39,034 nt of DNA from a virus (IMGVR_UViG_3300045286_000062:1-39034), one strand, 5' to 3'. Positions 1 to 9,557 are shown, counted from the first letter of the stretch. A program made the numbers and translations. Notes: generated by a model not told the origin, from the letters alone.

Positions 1-127
1 GGGGGGGGGCAGGGATGGTGGCTGCAGGACTTCGACTCGACCACGGGGCTGTACCTGGGCAGGGAGTGGGTAGGCAACGGGCTCGTCAACCCGCTGCCGG
101 TCGGCTGGCCGATTTGCCAGCAGGACC
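1..127. repeat. Terminal direct repeat, identical to 38908-39034 (circular assembly overlap)
   Basis: Exact 127-bp match between the two ends; reading frame is continuous across the junction. Confidence 0.95.
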
Positions 128-903
128 GATCCGTCATGTGGGCGCTCAACACCGGAAGCACCCAGTTCTGGAGGCTGGACACCGCGACCTTCGGTTTCCA
201 AGACGGACCCTACGACAGCTCGAAGTTTGCAGATCCAGGCTATACCGGGAGCCTGATCGATGGGTTTTTCATCAACGCGCCCCAGAACGTCATGGTGGCG
301 CACATCCTGAACAACAGCAGCCTGTACCAAAGCCATGCTGGGATCTTCGATTGGACCACGGGTGAGCTTTTGCACCAGGTCCCGACCGCCGGGACTTGCT
401 ACAAGATATGCCCCGCCGAAAACAACCAGTGCTACTGCATCGGCACGACCGGCATCGTGACCCTGGTCGACTACATGCGCGGGATTTCGCTAGGGGTCTT
501 CAGCCTGCCAGGGGCGGGCCAGACCTTCCTCACCAACGGAGTGGGCTGGGACTTCAACAACAAGCGAATCCTGATCTGCGACGGCACCGTGCCAGACGAC
601 GCCAACGGCACGCCGCACGTTTGCGTGAAGGGCTACTTCCCGATTCCCAAACCGATCCGCCTGACGCCGCCGATCACCCTCGGCATCCCGAGGAAGAACA
701 GCGCGATCCGCGTCACCTCAAGGGCATACGGGAATTGCGGCGAGCACATCACCAGCGTCACCGGAACCTGGACGTCCGCCAGCCCGAGTGACGCCACCGT
801 CAGCCCGGCCCAGACCTTGTCGGACGGCAACGGCTACTTAAGCACATTCCTGACGGGCATCCACGCGACGGACGTGGAAGTGACCATCACAGCGGAGGTT
901 TGA
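1..903 (+). CDS. C-terminal part of putative tail protein that starts at 38620 (396 aa in total), with C-terminal Ig-like domain
   Basis: Frame is open from ATG 38620 through the junction into the 136..903 ORF; ends in SDGNGYL...TITAEV. Confidence 0.75.
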   Translation, partial: GGGQGWWLQDFDSTTGLYLGREWVGNGLVNPLPVGWPICQQDRSVMWALNTGSTQFWRLDTATFGFQDGPYDSSKFADPGYTGSLIDGFFINAPQNVMVAHILNNSSLYQSHAGIFDWTTGELLHQVPTAGTCYKICPAENNQCYCIGTTGIVTLVDYMRGISLGVFSLPGAGQTFLTNGVGWDFNNKRILICDGTVPDDANGTPHVCVKGYFPIPKPIRLTPPITLGIPRKNSAIRVTSRAYGNCGEHITSVTGTWTSASPSDATVSPAQTLSDGNGYLSTFLTGIHATDVEVTITAEV

Positions 904-904
904 C

Positions 905-2401
905 ATGCTCACCACCTGGGATGAAATACCGATGGATTCAGGCAGGGAGGCGACCGTCATCTGGCACCCGACCGCCAGCGCGGCGGACGTGATCGCCGGG
1001 ACCGCAACGGACGGATTCGACCTCACACCTTATGTGGCCCAAGCGCGGCAGACCGCCGGGGCCATGGACATCCTGCTCCGCTACCACACCGAGCTGGTGA
1101 TCGACGTCACCTCCTCCAACGCCTGCGGCAGCTACACCGTCACCGGACCCGAGCCAGGGCACTGGATCGAGGTCATGATCGGGGACGCGCCCTTGTGGCG
1201 GGGTTTCATCTACACCATCAACGACAACACCGAAGCACGCGGCACGCGGCAAATGCGGCTGTCGGTGCGGAGCAGGGAACAAAGCGAGGCCTGGAAGAGC
1301 GTCAAGCGGGTCACCAACCTTTACCTGGCCGGGGCGGCCCTGGACTCCATCGCCAAGGACGTGTGCCTGTCGATGGGGCTGCAACCGCACGAGTACAAGA
1401 TCCCGAGCCTTGGGCTTTACGTCGTCCACCAGAACCTACAGCTCGCGGACGACTCGGCCTGGGGCATGCTCCAGACCCTCTTCTGGCCCGCCCAGTACGA
1501 GCCATGGGTCAACGCCCTCGGAGTGCTCACGGTCGCCAACAAGAACATGACCCGAAGAGCGGACAAGACCGTCGCCAAGGAGCGTGTGCTCTCGGTCAAC
1601 CAAGGCCGGGCGAGAATGCCGGTCAACAGCATCAAGCTCAAGTGGCTCGACCCCCAACTCTCGAAGGCGTATCAGGTCAGCCAGGTGCTGGGCACGGCGA
1701 CGATCACAGCGGGATTCTTTCAGCTCCACCAGAAGAAGGATATCTGGTTCGGGGCCGACCACTACCAGCGGGCCGAAATGACCTACATGAAGGTCCTGCA
1801 ATCAGCCAACTCGGGGCTGGTCGATTTCGTGGACGAATCCTACCAGCAACTGGATGACTTCCACGGGAAGATCACCCTGACCACCTCCACCTGGGAGCCT
1901 GCCCTGATATCGATCAGCATCGGGGGGCTGTTTGCTTCTAGCCGGATCGGCGACGAGGTGCTCGCGCTGATCGAAGGATGGACGGTCCCCGTAGGCACTT
2001 TCCTGACCACCCTGAGCGAGATCGGCATCTTCCTGACCATGTCCTGCATCGGCACCGGGCACTACGAGGTCTGGGGCCAGCCCTACGATTGGGTCCACGC
2101 ACGGAACATCACCGAGGCCTTCGACCAAGGGGCCGAGCCATGGGCCGAGAACCGCGTGGACGCGCAGTGCGACTTCATCACCACCGAGGCCCAAGCCCAG
2201 ATGCTCGCGGCCAACGAGCTGCGGTACCAGAACTACCTGAGCAAGACTTGCACCGTGGAGATCCAGGACGACCTCAACATCGAGAAAGGAGACATCCTCC
2301 AGCTTTGGTACGGCGACAAGTTCTACGTCCTCGACTACAGCAGGGACCTGACCCGAGGAGCAAAGGCGACCATCCAGCTAACCTGCTTCAGGATTCCGTA
2401 A
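905..2401 (+). CDS. Putative tail hub / minor tail protein
   Basis: 498-aa ORF in tail module; C-terminal DLNIEKGDILQL..FYVLDYSRDL resembles tail hub proteins. Confidence 0.6.
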   Translation: MLTTWDEIPMDSGREATVIWHPTASAADVIAGTATDGFDLTPYVAQARQTAGAMDILLRYHTELVIDVTSSNACGSYTVTGPEPGHWIEVMIGDAPLWRGFIYTINDNTEARGTRQMRLSVRSREQSEAWKSVKRVTNLYLAGAALDSIAKDVCLSMGLQPHEYKIPSLGLYVVHQNLQLADDSAWGMLQTLFWPAQYEPWVNALGVLTVANKNMTRRADKTVAKERVLSVNQGRARMPVNSIKLKWLDPQLSKAYQVSQVLGTATITAGFFQLHQKKDIWFGADHYQRAEMTYMKVLQSANSGLVDFVDESYQQLDDFHGKITLTTSTWEPALISISIGGLFASSRIGDEVLALIEGWTVPVGTFLTTLSEIGIFLTMSCIGTGHYEVWGQPYDWVHARNITEAFDQGAEPWAENRVDAQCDFITTEAQAQMLAANELRYQNYLSKTCTVEIQDDLNIEKGDILQLWYGDKFYVLDYSRDLTRGAKATIQLTCFRIP

Positions 2402-2402
2402 G

Positions 2403-2927
2403 ATGAGCGTCCTTACCAACCAGTTCGCATCCTATGCCGACTACGTCAGCATGATGCAGTACCAGGCCAACAAAAACCTATTCACGATCACTGGTACGAT
2501 CTTGACCAGGCCGACCCTGATGTATGGGGATTCGACCTCCCTCACCTATTGCGCGGACGTGGACGTCGGGATTACCGGCTACGACTTCATGTCCTCGCAG
2601 CAAGTGAACATGCCCCTCAAGAACGTGCCGATCTCCCAGGCCTCGCACGATTTGATCTACGCCGACGTGGGCATGCCCGTGACCCTCACCCGGTCGCATT
2701 CAGGGAAGTTCGAAATCACCGGATTCGCCAAGACCAAGACCGGCACGTACCACCGGCTGCCGGTCTGCCTCGACCGGAACGAGATCGGCACCCCGGTCGA
2801 CATCAGCATGTCCACCCACATCCTCACCCTGGCCGAGCTGCAAGACTACGCCGGGGGATTCGGGTCCTGCCCGTTCGGAGCCTATGCCCTCTTTCGGGGG
2901 TCCACATTCCTAGAAATCAGGTGGTGA
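2403..2927 (+). CDS. Putative minor tail protein
   Basis: 174 aa, tightly coupled within tail operon. Confidence 0.6.
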   Translation: MSVLTNQFASYADYVSMMQYQANKNLFTITGTILTRPTLMYGDSTSLTYCADVDVGITGYDFMSSQQVNMPLKNVPISQASHDLIYADVGMPVTLTRSHSGKFEITGFAKTKTGTYHRLPVCLDRNEIGTPVDISMSTHILTLAELQDYAGGFGSCPFGAYALFRGSTFLEIRW

Positions 2928-2928
2928 G

Positions 2929-4287
2929 ATGACGACCACGATCCAAACCTTTGCCAACGGCGACACCAACTACGTCGCCAAGCTGAACGCAAACTTCAGC
3001 GCCGTCCAGACCACGGCAGACGCGGCACTCACCCAGGCCAAGGCCTTGGCGGCGGGCGTGATCTCCCAGCTCCCGCTGTTCCAGGCCTTGTTTGGCACCA
3101 GCACCGCCCTGATCGGTCCCGGCTCCTACCTTCCCACCACGAGCAGCACCAATCTGATCGTGGCGGCGGGCTACGCCTGGCTGGCCCCCAACCTGATCGT
3201 GGTCGGCATCCAGACCAGCATCACGATCCCCTTTTCAGGGCTGGCGGCGGACACTTACTACCTGCACATCGGCAACAACGGGGCACCAAGCACCAACACC
3301 ACAGCGGCCCAGGCGGTCTATTCCATCGCCTGGACCGGGTCCGCGTTCGGGGCGATCACCCTCTTGGTTCCCGAAGTCGACATCGAGTACATGAGCCACA
3401 AGGGGCAGGCTAACGGCTACGCGGGACTAGACGGATCAGGGCACCTGAGCGTGGCGCAAGGCGGGACGGGAGCCGGGACTTTCACGGCGGGATACCTTAA
3501 GGCCAACGGCACATCGGCCTTCACCACAGTCAGCGGGATCGCCTACAGCGACGTGTCAGGCCTTGGAAGCGCGGCCACCCATGCGGCCTCGGACTTTGAC
3601 GCATCAGGGGCGGCGGCGGCTGCGCTGGCCTCGGCCAATGCCTACACCGACGCCCACACCTCGGGGATGGGCAGCGTAAGCAGCGTGGGCCTGTCGATGC
3701 CCGCGATGTTCACCGTCACCAACAGCCCCGTGACAGGAAGCGGGACACTGACGGCGACGCTCGCCACCCAAAGCGCGAACGTGGTGTTTGCAGGACCTAC
3801 CTCGGGAGCGGCGGCAGCCCCTACTTGGAGGAGCCTGGTGGCTGGTGACGTGCCCACCCTCAACCAAAACACGACCGGCAGCGCGGCAAAACTGACGACC
3901 GCCCGAAGCATCGGAGGGGTCAGCTTTGACGGAAGCGCGGACATCGCCCAGCCATACGACCTGTACGGCTACTTCAGCACCAAGCCGACCGCCTCCCAGG
4001 TGATCTGGATCGGGACCGTGCCGAGGACCGTGGTGCTCCCGGCCAGCCTCACCGGCAGCTACGGGAAGTGTTTGGACGCCGCGACGGCGAGCACGGTCTT
4101 CGACATCCAGGTAAACGGGGTCAGCAAGGGATCGATGACCTTTGGAGTGGGAGGAACCACGGCAACCTTCACCTTCGCCAGCCCGGTCACACTGAGCGCA
4201 GGCGACGTCGTCCAAATCATCGCACCCGCAAGCCCAGACGCAACCTGCGGGCGGATTTACCAAACTTTAGTGGGGACCAGAACATGA
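2929..4287 (+). CDS. Tail fibre protein
   Basis: Ala/Thr/Gly-rich; fibre-type motifs KGQANGYAGLDGSG, VAQGGTGA, AAKLTTARSIGGVSFDGSADI. Confidence 0.8.
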   Translation: MTTTIQTFANGDTNYVAKLNANFSAVQTTADAALTQAKALAAGVISQLPLFQALFGTSTALIGPGSYLPTTSSTNLIVAAGYAWLAPNLIVVGIQTSITIPFSGLAADTYYLHIGNNGAPSTNTTAAQAVYSIAWTGSAFGAITLLVPEVDIEYMSHKGQANGYAGLDGSGHLSVAQGGTGAGTFTAGYLKANGTSAFTTVSGIAYSDVSGLGSAATHAASDFDASGAAAAALASANAYTDAHTSGMGSVSSVGLSMPAMFTVTNSPVTGSGTLTATLATQSANVVFAGPTSGAAAAPTWRSLVAGDVPTLNQNTTGSAAKLTTARSIGGVSFDGSADIAQPYDLYGYFSTKPTASQVIWIGTVPRTVVLPASLTGSYGKCLDAATASTVFDIQVNGVSKGSMTFGVGGTTATFTFASPVTLSAGDVVQIIAPASPDATCGRIYQTLVGTRT

Positions 4288-5270
4288 GCATCCTATTCGC
4301 AGGCACCGAGGACAGCGACTTTCCGATCAACAGCGGAATGACGGTACAGACCTTCACCTATTTCAGGTCCACTTATGGCTTACGTGAGGCGGTAGGATTA
4401 GGAAGCGCAAACGGGTCATATTTCGCATCTGCCCCGTTCTCCGCCCAGACATCCTTGTGGATGCAGGCGATGGTCTATAACAACCAAAACAACGTAACGA
4501 ACAAAGGGATTTTCGGGGTAACATCCTCATCAGCGTTCATGAAAGGAATCTACCTGGGGCCAGGGAGTGCCTACAACAAGCTGGCGATTTTCACATTTGA
4601 CGGGACGACCTGGACCAAATTGGTGGAAGAATCGGGTACTAGCTTCACCTACACGCTTAGGAACCAATACACCCTCCAAGTGTCAAGCTACGGGGTTAGC
4701 GGGACCGTTACCGCCTATGTCAACGGCACCCAGGTGGCGACCTACACAGGAGACATCAGGATCAGCGGGGTTAGCAACTTCGACACCTTTATCGGGTATG
4801 CGCCCTCCGCAAACTCCATCTGTTATTTTTCAGAGGTCATCATCGCGGACGAAGATCCCAGGACGTTCATCCTGGCCCTGCAAAACCCGTCGGCTGCCGG
4901 GGATGCGACCGCCTGGACCGGGGCTTACACGGACATCAACGAAACCACGTTAAGCGACGTGACCATGGCCTACGTTAATAGCAACGCGGCAGATGCCCAG
5001 TTCAACTTGCTGGACGCACCGGCTGGGAACTACGGGGTCAAGGCAGTGGTTCTAAGTGCCAGGGCCTGCAAGTCCGCCTCCTCCACCCCGACCAAGCTGG
5101 CGCTTGGCATCAAAAGCAACTCAACCATCGACGCCGGGACCGGGCAGGCATTGACCACTTCATGGAGCACATACCAACGTATCCTGGCGACCAACCCGAC
5201 CAACAGCAACGCCAACTTTACCATCACGGAACTCAACGCCCTCCAGCTCAACCTGCGGTCGGTGGCGTAA
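4284..5270 (+). CDS. Putative receptor-binding / beta-sandwich tail protein
   Basis: ATGA overlap with fibre stop; MSILFAGTEDSDF start; beta-rich; more AT-rich than its neighbours. Confidence 0.65.
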   Translation: MSILFAGTEDSDFPINSGMTVQTFTYFRSTYGLREAVGLGSANGSYFASAPFSAQTSLWMQAMVYNNQNNVTNKGIFGVTSSSAFMKGIYLGPGSAYNKLAIFTFDGTTWTKLVEESGTSFTYTLRNQYTLQVSSYGVSGTVTAYVNGTQVATYTGDIRISGVSNFDTFIGYAPSANSICYFSEVIIADEDPRTFILALQNPSAAGDATAWTGAYTDINETTLSDVTMAYVNSNAADAQFNLLDAPAGNYGVKAVVLSARACKSASSTPTKLALGIKSNSTIDAGTGQALTTSWSTYQRILATNPTNSNANFTITELNALQLNLRSVA

Positions 5271-6467
5271 ATGGCTAACCTGGACCGATTAGGCGACCTG
5301 ACCAAGGAAGGCGGGATGGTGGATGCGGGAGCCAATGCGACCTTCCTGAACAAGTGGACGGCGGCGGCCAGCTTTAGCCCGAACCTAGGCTACATCTACA
5401 ACAACAGCATCATCAACGGCAGGACCCGGATGGTCATTTATGCCGACAACGCCGGGGCACCCGGAGCGTTGCTGGCAGCGTCGGACGAGGTTTTTGTCTG
5501 GCCAGCAGGTGGCTGGCAGCGGTACTCCTTCCCAAGCCCACCCTCCCTGACCAACGGCACGGCGTACTGGATTGGCTACATCGCGGAGGTTTCCGGGTAT
5601 GTCATGACCGCCAATAGCGGGACGACCTCTTACATCAAGACCGGAACCACCTACAGCAGCGGGCCTCCTAATCCCATGCCCGGGGGCGGGACGTCAGGCA
5701 CCGTCAAAGTCAGCATGTGGGTCGAGCAGCGCGACGAGTCCACGATGCCTTGGCGGGCTTGCGACGGAAGCCAGAAACCCCAGGCATTCGTATCCGCCTC
5801 CCAGGCCAACAACCAGTATGCTAACCAGTTCACGGCAGGATGGACCGGAACGATTGACGGAATCTACCTGGGCCTGTCAGGCGGGCAAGGGAACTCAGGC
5901 CACTACAAGGGCATGCTGTACGCCGACAACGGGAGCAACGTGCCCAGCACCTTGATCGCCACGACCAACGAACTGACGCCGGTCGTTGAGGGATGGAACA
6001 AATTAGTCTTTGCCTCTCCGCCCTCGGTCACGAGGGGGACGAAGTACTGGCTGGCAGTGATGACCGACAACGCCGGGACATGGTGGTATTCGGTCGACGC
6101 GACCATGACCGGATACTCCGTGGCCCGCACCTACGGGAGCGGAGCGCTTTCACCCTGGTCCGGGGGATCGGCCAACAACTACCGCTTCAACTTCTACGCC
6201 ATCATCACGCCGAGCGTGGACTTCGAGGCGGTCCCGAAGGCCAACGCCTATTCAGTGCTGGGACCGTCCGAAGGCGTGGACGTGGGCAAGGCAAACGCCT
6301 ATTCGATCCTTGGTCCAGATAATGGGGTCAACGTTGCCAAGGCGAACGTGTACTCGATCCTGATCCAGCCTTTCGCCGGAATCAACGTATCCAAGGCGAA
6401 CGTCTACTCGATTTTGACCTTGGCCCCCGGCACGCTGGGGGCCGTCCAGGTGGGATGCTGCACATGA
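5271..6467 (+). CDS. Putative virion adhesion protein with a duplicated domain and C-terminal repeats
   Basis: Two copies of YADN.G..P..L.A...E...GW....F.SPPS.T.GT.YW; four KAN(A/V)YS(V/I)L repeats. Confidence 0.65.
   Translation: MANLDRLGDLTKEGGMVDAGANATFLNKWTAAASFSPNLGYIYNNSIINGRTRMVIYADNAGAPGALLAASDEVFVWPAGGWQRYSFPSPPSLTNGTAYWIGYIAEVSGYVMTANSGTTSYIKTGTTYSSGPPNPMPGGGTSGTVKVSMWVEQRDESTMPWRACDGSQKPQAFVSASQANNQYANQFTAGWTGTIDGIYLGLSGGQGNSGHYKGMLYADNGSNVPSTLIATTNELTPVVEGWNKLVFASPPSVTRGTKYWLAVMTDNAGTWWYSVDATMTGYSVARTYGSGALSPWSGGSANNYRFNFYAIITPSVDFEAVPKANAYSVLGPSEGVDVGKANAYSILGPDNGVNVAKANVYSILIQPFAGINVSKANVYSILTLAPGTLGAVQVGCCT
6231..6416 (+). repeat. Four degenerate 51-54 bp coding repeats (V.KANxYSxL)
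   Basis: Related AAGGCNAACG...TAYTC units start at 6237, 6288, 6339 and 6393. Confidence 0.85.
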
Positions 6468-6646
6468 GCGACCAGCCTAAGCTGGGCCAGCAAAAGCTGG
6501 GCACGGCAGCAAAAATCTATGGGAAGGCCTGCCCCAACGAAGGATGCGACCGATACCAGGGGCTGGTGGCTGAATGCATGTGCTATTGCTGGAAATGCGG
6601 GACGCCCCTCAAGGAGGCGTCCGCCTCGGTCGCGGTTTTCAGGTGA
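6464..6646 (+). CDS. Small Cys-rich zinc-ribbon protein
   Basis: ATGA coupling; CPNEGC...YCWKCGTPL. Confidence 0.6.
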   Translation: MSDQPKLGQQKLGTAAKIYGKACPNEGCDRYQGLVAECMCYCWKCGTPLKEASASVAVFR

Positions 6647-6665
6647 GAAGAAAATGAAAGGACCG

Positions 6666-6695
6666 AAAGAACGTCCTGATATCAGGATGTTCTTT
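6666..6695. repeat. 30-bp palindrome copy 1 (inverted relative to copies 4 and 5)
   Basis: AAAGAACGTCCTGATATCAGGATGTTCTTT, at the convergence of late and early operons. Confidence 0.95.
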
Positions 6696-6883
6696 CATCG
6701 GCTGGCGGCGATGCGCTCCAACTGCTCGAGCTGGGCATCCGACACAAACGTGCCAGCGCCCCAGCGGTCGTAACGGTCGCGCATGTCCGACACGAAGGAG
6801 CAGTCCCAGTCACGGGCTAGATCCACGTTCGCCTCGGCCTCCTCGAGCAGCTCATCGAACCCGTCGATGTCTTCGGCCTTCAT
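6695..6883 (-). CDS. Small acidic hypothetical protein
   Basis: 62 aa, ATGA-coupled, last gene of left operon; WD.SFVSDMRDRY...SDAQLEQL. Confidence 0.7.
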   Translation of the reverse strand: MKAEDIDGFDELLEEAEANVDLARDWDCSFVSDMRDRYDRWGAGTFVSDAQLEQLERIAASR

Positions 6884-7059
6884 CCGTCGAACCCCAACAG
6901 GTCGCGCCCGCGCTTGAACGCACGGACGATGGCGCGGCGGTCCTTTTCATCTTCATCGAGGGACAACTCATCGAGGTCGTCGTAATCGGCAGGGAGCATG
7001 CGGTCGTAATCGCGCTGCGCCCCGTCCGGGATTTCAGGCTGGAATCGCTGGGTTTTCAT
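6880..7059 (-). CDS. Small acidic hypothetical protein (59 aa, not in the ORF track)
   Basis: MKTQRFQPEIPDGAQRDYDRMLPADYDDLDELSLDEDEKDRRAIVRAFKRGRDLLGFDG; abuts both neighbours. Confidence 0.65.
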   Translation of the reverse strand: MKTQRFQPEIPDGAQRDYDRMLPADYDDLDELSLDEDEKDRRAIVRAFKRGRDLLGFDG

Positions 7060-7257
7060 TTAGGCCTCCAACTGGAAGGGTTTAGGGGGATAGACGATAA
7101 GCCCGTCCTTGATGACCTCGGCCACCAAAGAAGCGGGCTTGTCGTGGTACTCGAGGGCGGACTCCCACCCCAGGCGCATCAGGTCGTGATAGGCCTGAAG
7201 CTCAGGATCATGGGGATCGGCCCGAAGGACGGTCACCAAGTATTCATCGAAACTCAT
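7060..7257 (-). CDS. Hypothetical protein
   Basis: 65 aa in left operon. Confidence 0.6.
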   Translation of the reverse strand: MSFDEYLVTVLRADPHDPELQAYHDLMRLGWESALEYHDKPASLVAEVIKDGLIVYPPKPFQLEA

Positions 7258-7468
7258 CGGACGGCTCCATCAAAGGGGTTTCATCGAGCGGTTCGAATCC
7301 GTCGCAGCACACCAGCCACGTCGGATTGTAGGACAAAGGCCAAAGCCCCCAGCGCTTGCCCCCCTTGGACAAAGGGAGAAAATCCGGCTTGGCGTCGTCG
7401 CTCAGGCAGAGCGACATGCCGCCATCCAGGAAGGCATGGTGGGAGCAGGCATGGCAGTCAGGCTTCAT
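7244..7468 (-). CDS. Small Cys/His-containing hypothetical protein
   Basis: CHACSH...WGLWPLSYNPTWLVCCDGF. Confidence 0.6.
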   Translation of the reverse strand: MKPDCHACSHHAFLDGGMSLCLSDDAKPDFLPLSKGGKRWGLWPLSYNPTWLVCCDGFEPLDETPLMEPSDEFR

Positions 7469-7671
7469 GATTTATCCCACCCTACGACTTTGGAAACGAG
7501 CACACGCTCGGATGCCGAAGTAGCTTGCCTTACCTGGTCAAAAACCTGGACAAACACCACCCCGACCTCCCCGGAAAACCAAGGCTACCCAGTCGGCTCA
7601 AAGCGCCACTTGCGGAGCAGCTCCCCGTAGGTGGCCTGCCTGATCCACGCGATTCTTTCATCATCGGTCAT
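7465..7671 (-). pseudogene. Small phage gene interrupted by in-frame TAG at codon 29
   Basis: MTDDERIAWIRQATYGELLRKWRFEPTG*PWFSGEVG...SKVVGWDKS; ATGA overlaps at both ends. Confidence 0.65.
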
Positions 7672-8573
7672 GGCGCACCCCCAGCAGGCATGAAGAACGC
7701 CTTGGAGTCCTTGTCGTAGGCCAGGCCCAGACGGAAGGCCTGCGCCCGAAGCATGTTCCAGGCTTGGAGGTTGACCGGACGGCCCAAGGCACCGGCCTCG
7801 GCGATCAGGGCATTGTAGCCTTCCACCGTCTGCACATCCCGGAGCTTGAGGGCGAACTGCGCCAGCGGCTCAGGCAACGCGTCGGCCACCTCGCTGTCGA
7901 GCGGAGGGGCCTCGTCGGAAATAGTGGGCTGGTTGTTCGCCGTGAAGGCCTCGAGGAGCCTCTCGGCCTCGGCGCGGATCTCGGCGGGCATCGCCAGCAT
8001 CTGGGCGCGGAGCTTGTCCATCGGCACCCCGGCGTCCATGTCCGCCGAGAACGTCTTCAGCAAGGCCGTCCGCATGGCCTCATTGGCCTTCTGTGGGGGA
8101 GGGGTGGGCTTCCCCCTGGGGGCAGGCGGAGGAGCGTCGCCATGGCCCTCCTTGTGCCCGGAAGCGGCATTGCCGTCGTCATCTTCAGGCGCGACCCCGA
8201 AGGCCATCTGCAGCGAGTAGCGACGGGCGTAGGTGATCGCCGACCCGAAGCCCTGCGCGTCGTATTTGGACAACGGCACCGCGACGATCCCGGTCGAGAT
8301 CCACTCCCCGGAGGCATGCAGGATCACGGTCTCGATGGCGACCCCGTCGGGATTGGGATGGGAGCGCTGCAGGTAGGAAAGGCCGTTCGCCGACAGGGCG
8401 GGACGGATCGCGGACACCACCGACGCGAGGTCGGCGTAGCGGGTCTTAAAGAAGAGATTGTTGGAATCCTTCACGGCCCCGCCGATCAAGCCCTGCGCGA
8501 CCGACAAGGCGGCGGCGAGCTGGGACACCTGCGGGGAGGAAACGTTTTCGGAATTCAGGGATTCGTAGCTCAT
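7668..8573 (-). CDS. erf: ERF-family single-strand annealing recombinase
   Basis: RYADLASV, HASGEW, QGFGSAITYARRYSL, EDDDGN motifs. Confidence 0.92.
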   Translation of the reverse strand: MSYESLNSENVSSPQVSQLAAALSVAQGLIGGAVKDSNNLFFKTRYADLASVVSAIRPALSANGLSYLQRSHPNPDGVAIETVILHASGEWISTGIVAVPLSKYDAQGFGSAITYARRYSLQMAFGVAPEDDDGNAASGHKEGHGDAPPPAPRGKPTPPPQKANEAMRTALLKTFSADMDAGVPMDKLRAQMLAMPAEIRAEAERLLEAFTANNQPTISDEAPPLDSEVADALPEPLAQFALKLRDVQTVEGYNALIAEAGALGRPVNLQAWNMLRAQAFRLGLAYDKDSKAFFMPAGGAP

Positions 8574-9112
8574 GACACCTTCAACCTCTTGGCATCGGAC
8601 ACCAGGCGTGCGCCGGGGCAGCCACCCGCCGCCTTGATCGCGGCCTTGTCGATGGACCGCACGACCTCGGTGCGGATGAACTGGGGCGGGACGAGCTTTT
8701 CATCGTACACCTCGACCGATGGCGGGTTTTTCACCAGGGACAGCGCGAAGTACGGGCATTCGATCTTCTGGATGCCGGTCTCGACCATCTTCCCAAAGAC
8801 ATAGTCGCGGAGCCTTTGGGCATGCGCCTCGGCCAGCTTGCGGCGGGAGAAAATCCGCTTTTCCGCCTCCTTCATGGCCTCGACCTGGGCATCCAGCCCC
8901 TGGAAGTACCCGGCCACCGCCAGAGCCTTGTCCTTGAACTCGCCCTCGATGGCCTCGAGTGTGTCGGCGATAACCTCGGGAGGAATGTCGTCGTCCTGGG
9001 CCATTTCAAGGACCGCCCGGTAGCGCTCCGAAATATCGTAGAGGGAGGGCTTGGCCGGGACGATGGCGGTGGATACGGGTGAATCAACGGAGGGGGGGAT
9101 AGGTTTTTTCAT
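8570..9112 (-). CDS. Siphovirus Gp157-family protein
   Basis: LYDI...DTLEAIEGEFKDKA...KNPPSVEV...IDKAAIK; typical neighbour of ERF. Confidence 0.88.
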   Translation of the reverse strand: MKKPIPPSVDSPVSTAIVPAKPSLYDISERYRAVLEMAQDDDIPPEVIADTLEAIEGEFKDKALAVAGYFQGLDAQVEAMKEAEKRIFSRRKLAEAHAQRLRDYVFGKMVETGIQKIECPYFALSLVKNPPSVEVYDEKLVPPQFIRTEVVRSIDKAAIKAAGGCPGARLVSDAKRLKVS

Positions 9113-9363
9113 TTGTACACCCAGTTACGGTAAGCGGTAGGGGACCCCCAGGCCTCGGAGGGAAGATGGTTGTAACACCAAGCCGGAAAGGCCGGGAGGT
9201 TGGCGAGGTTGACAGCATCACCTGACTCGACCGCCCAGCGGAGGTCATTGGACAAAACGGCCTCAAGGAAGGAACCCGTGGGAATATGGTCGTCCCGGTA
9301 GCGGATCAGCCTAGCCAGCATCGCGGGATGAATGACGAAGGAATTCCAGACGTAGTTGTTCAC
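9109..9363 (-). CDS. Conserved-type phage hypothetical protein
   Basis: GTG start with GTGA overlap; PTGSFLEAVLSNDL...AWGS. Confidence 0.7.
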   Translation of the reverse strand: MNNYVWNSFVIHPAMLARLIRYRDDHIPTGSFLEAVLSNDLRWAVESGDAVNLANLPAFPAWCYNHLPSEAWGSPTAYRNWVYK

Positions 9364-9557
9364 ACCGCCCCCATGTGCTCGAGCATCTGATGGCGGAGGC
9401 GGAAGGCCTCGTCGAACGAGGGCAGGCCGCCCAGAGGGACAAACACCTTCACCATCGCGGAAGGCAGGCTCTCCACGAAGTAACGACCATGCCGGTAGGT
9501 GACCCAAAGACCCGCACGGGGCGGGGCCGGTTGATTGAGAGTGGCAACGGTTTTCAT
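9360..9557 (-). CDS. Hypothetical protein, first gene of left operon
   Basis: ATG at 9557 with GGAG RBS; 65 aa. Confidence 0.6.
   Translation of the reverse strand: MKTVATLNQPAPPRAGLWVTYRHGRYFVESLPSAMVKVFVPLGGLPSFDEAFRLRHQMLEHMGAV

Noticed and set aside
1-127. Biological terminal repeat of the virion DNA
   Set aside because: 127 bp matches a common assembler k-mer size and falls mid-gene, far from the terminase; best read as a circular overlap
4859-4868. Half-sites of the palindrome (also near 16596 and 31316)
   Set aside because: 10-bp matches within coding sequence that lack the second arm; could arise by chance
2929-6467. Diversity-generating retroelement acting on tail fibres
   Set aside because: No reverse transcriptase and no TR/VR pair differing at adenines was seen
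7286-7314. tRNA-like GGTTCGAATCC...ACCA (tRNA or attP)
   Set aside because: No matching acceptor 5' strand, D arm or anticodon arm; explained by antisense CDGFEP codons; no integrase
7585-7587. Genome-wide TAG reassignment
   Set aside because: Only one internal TAG found; TAG serves as a normal stop at 9948, 23277 and 33476
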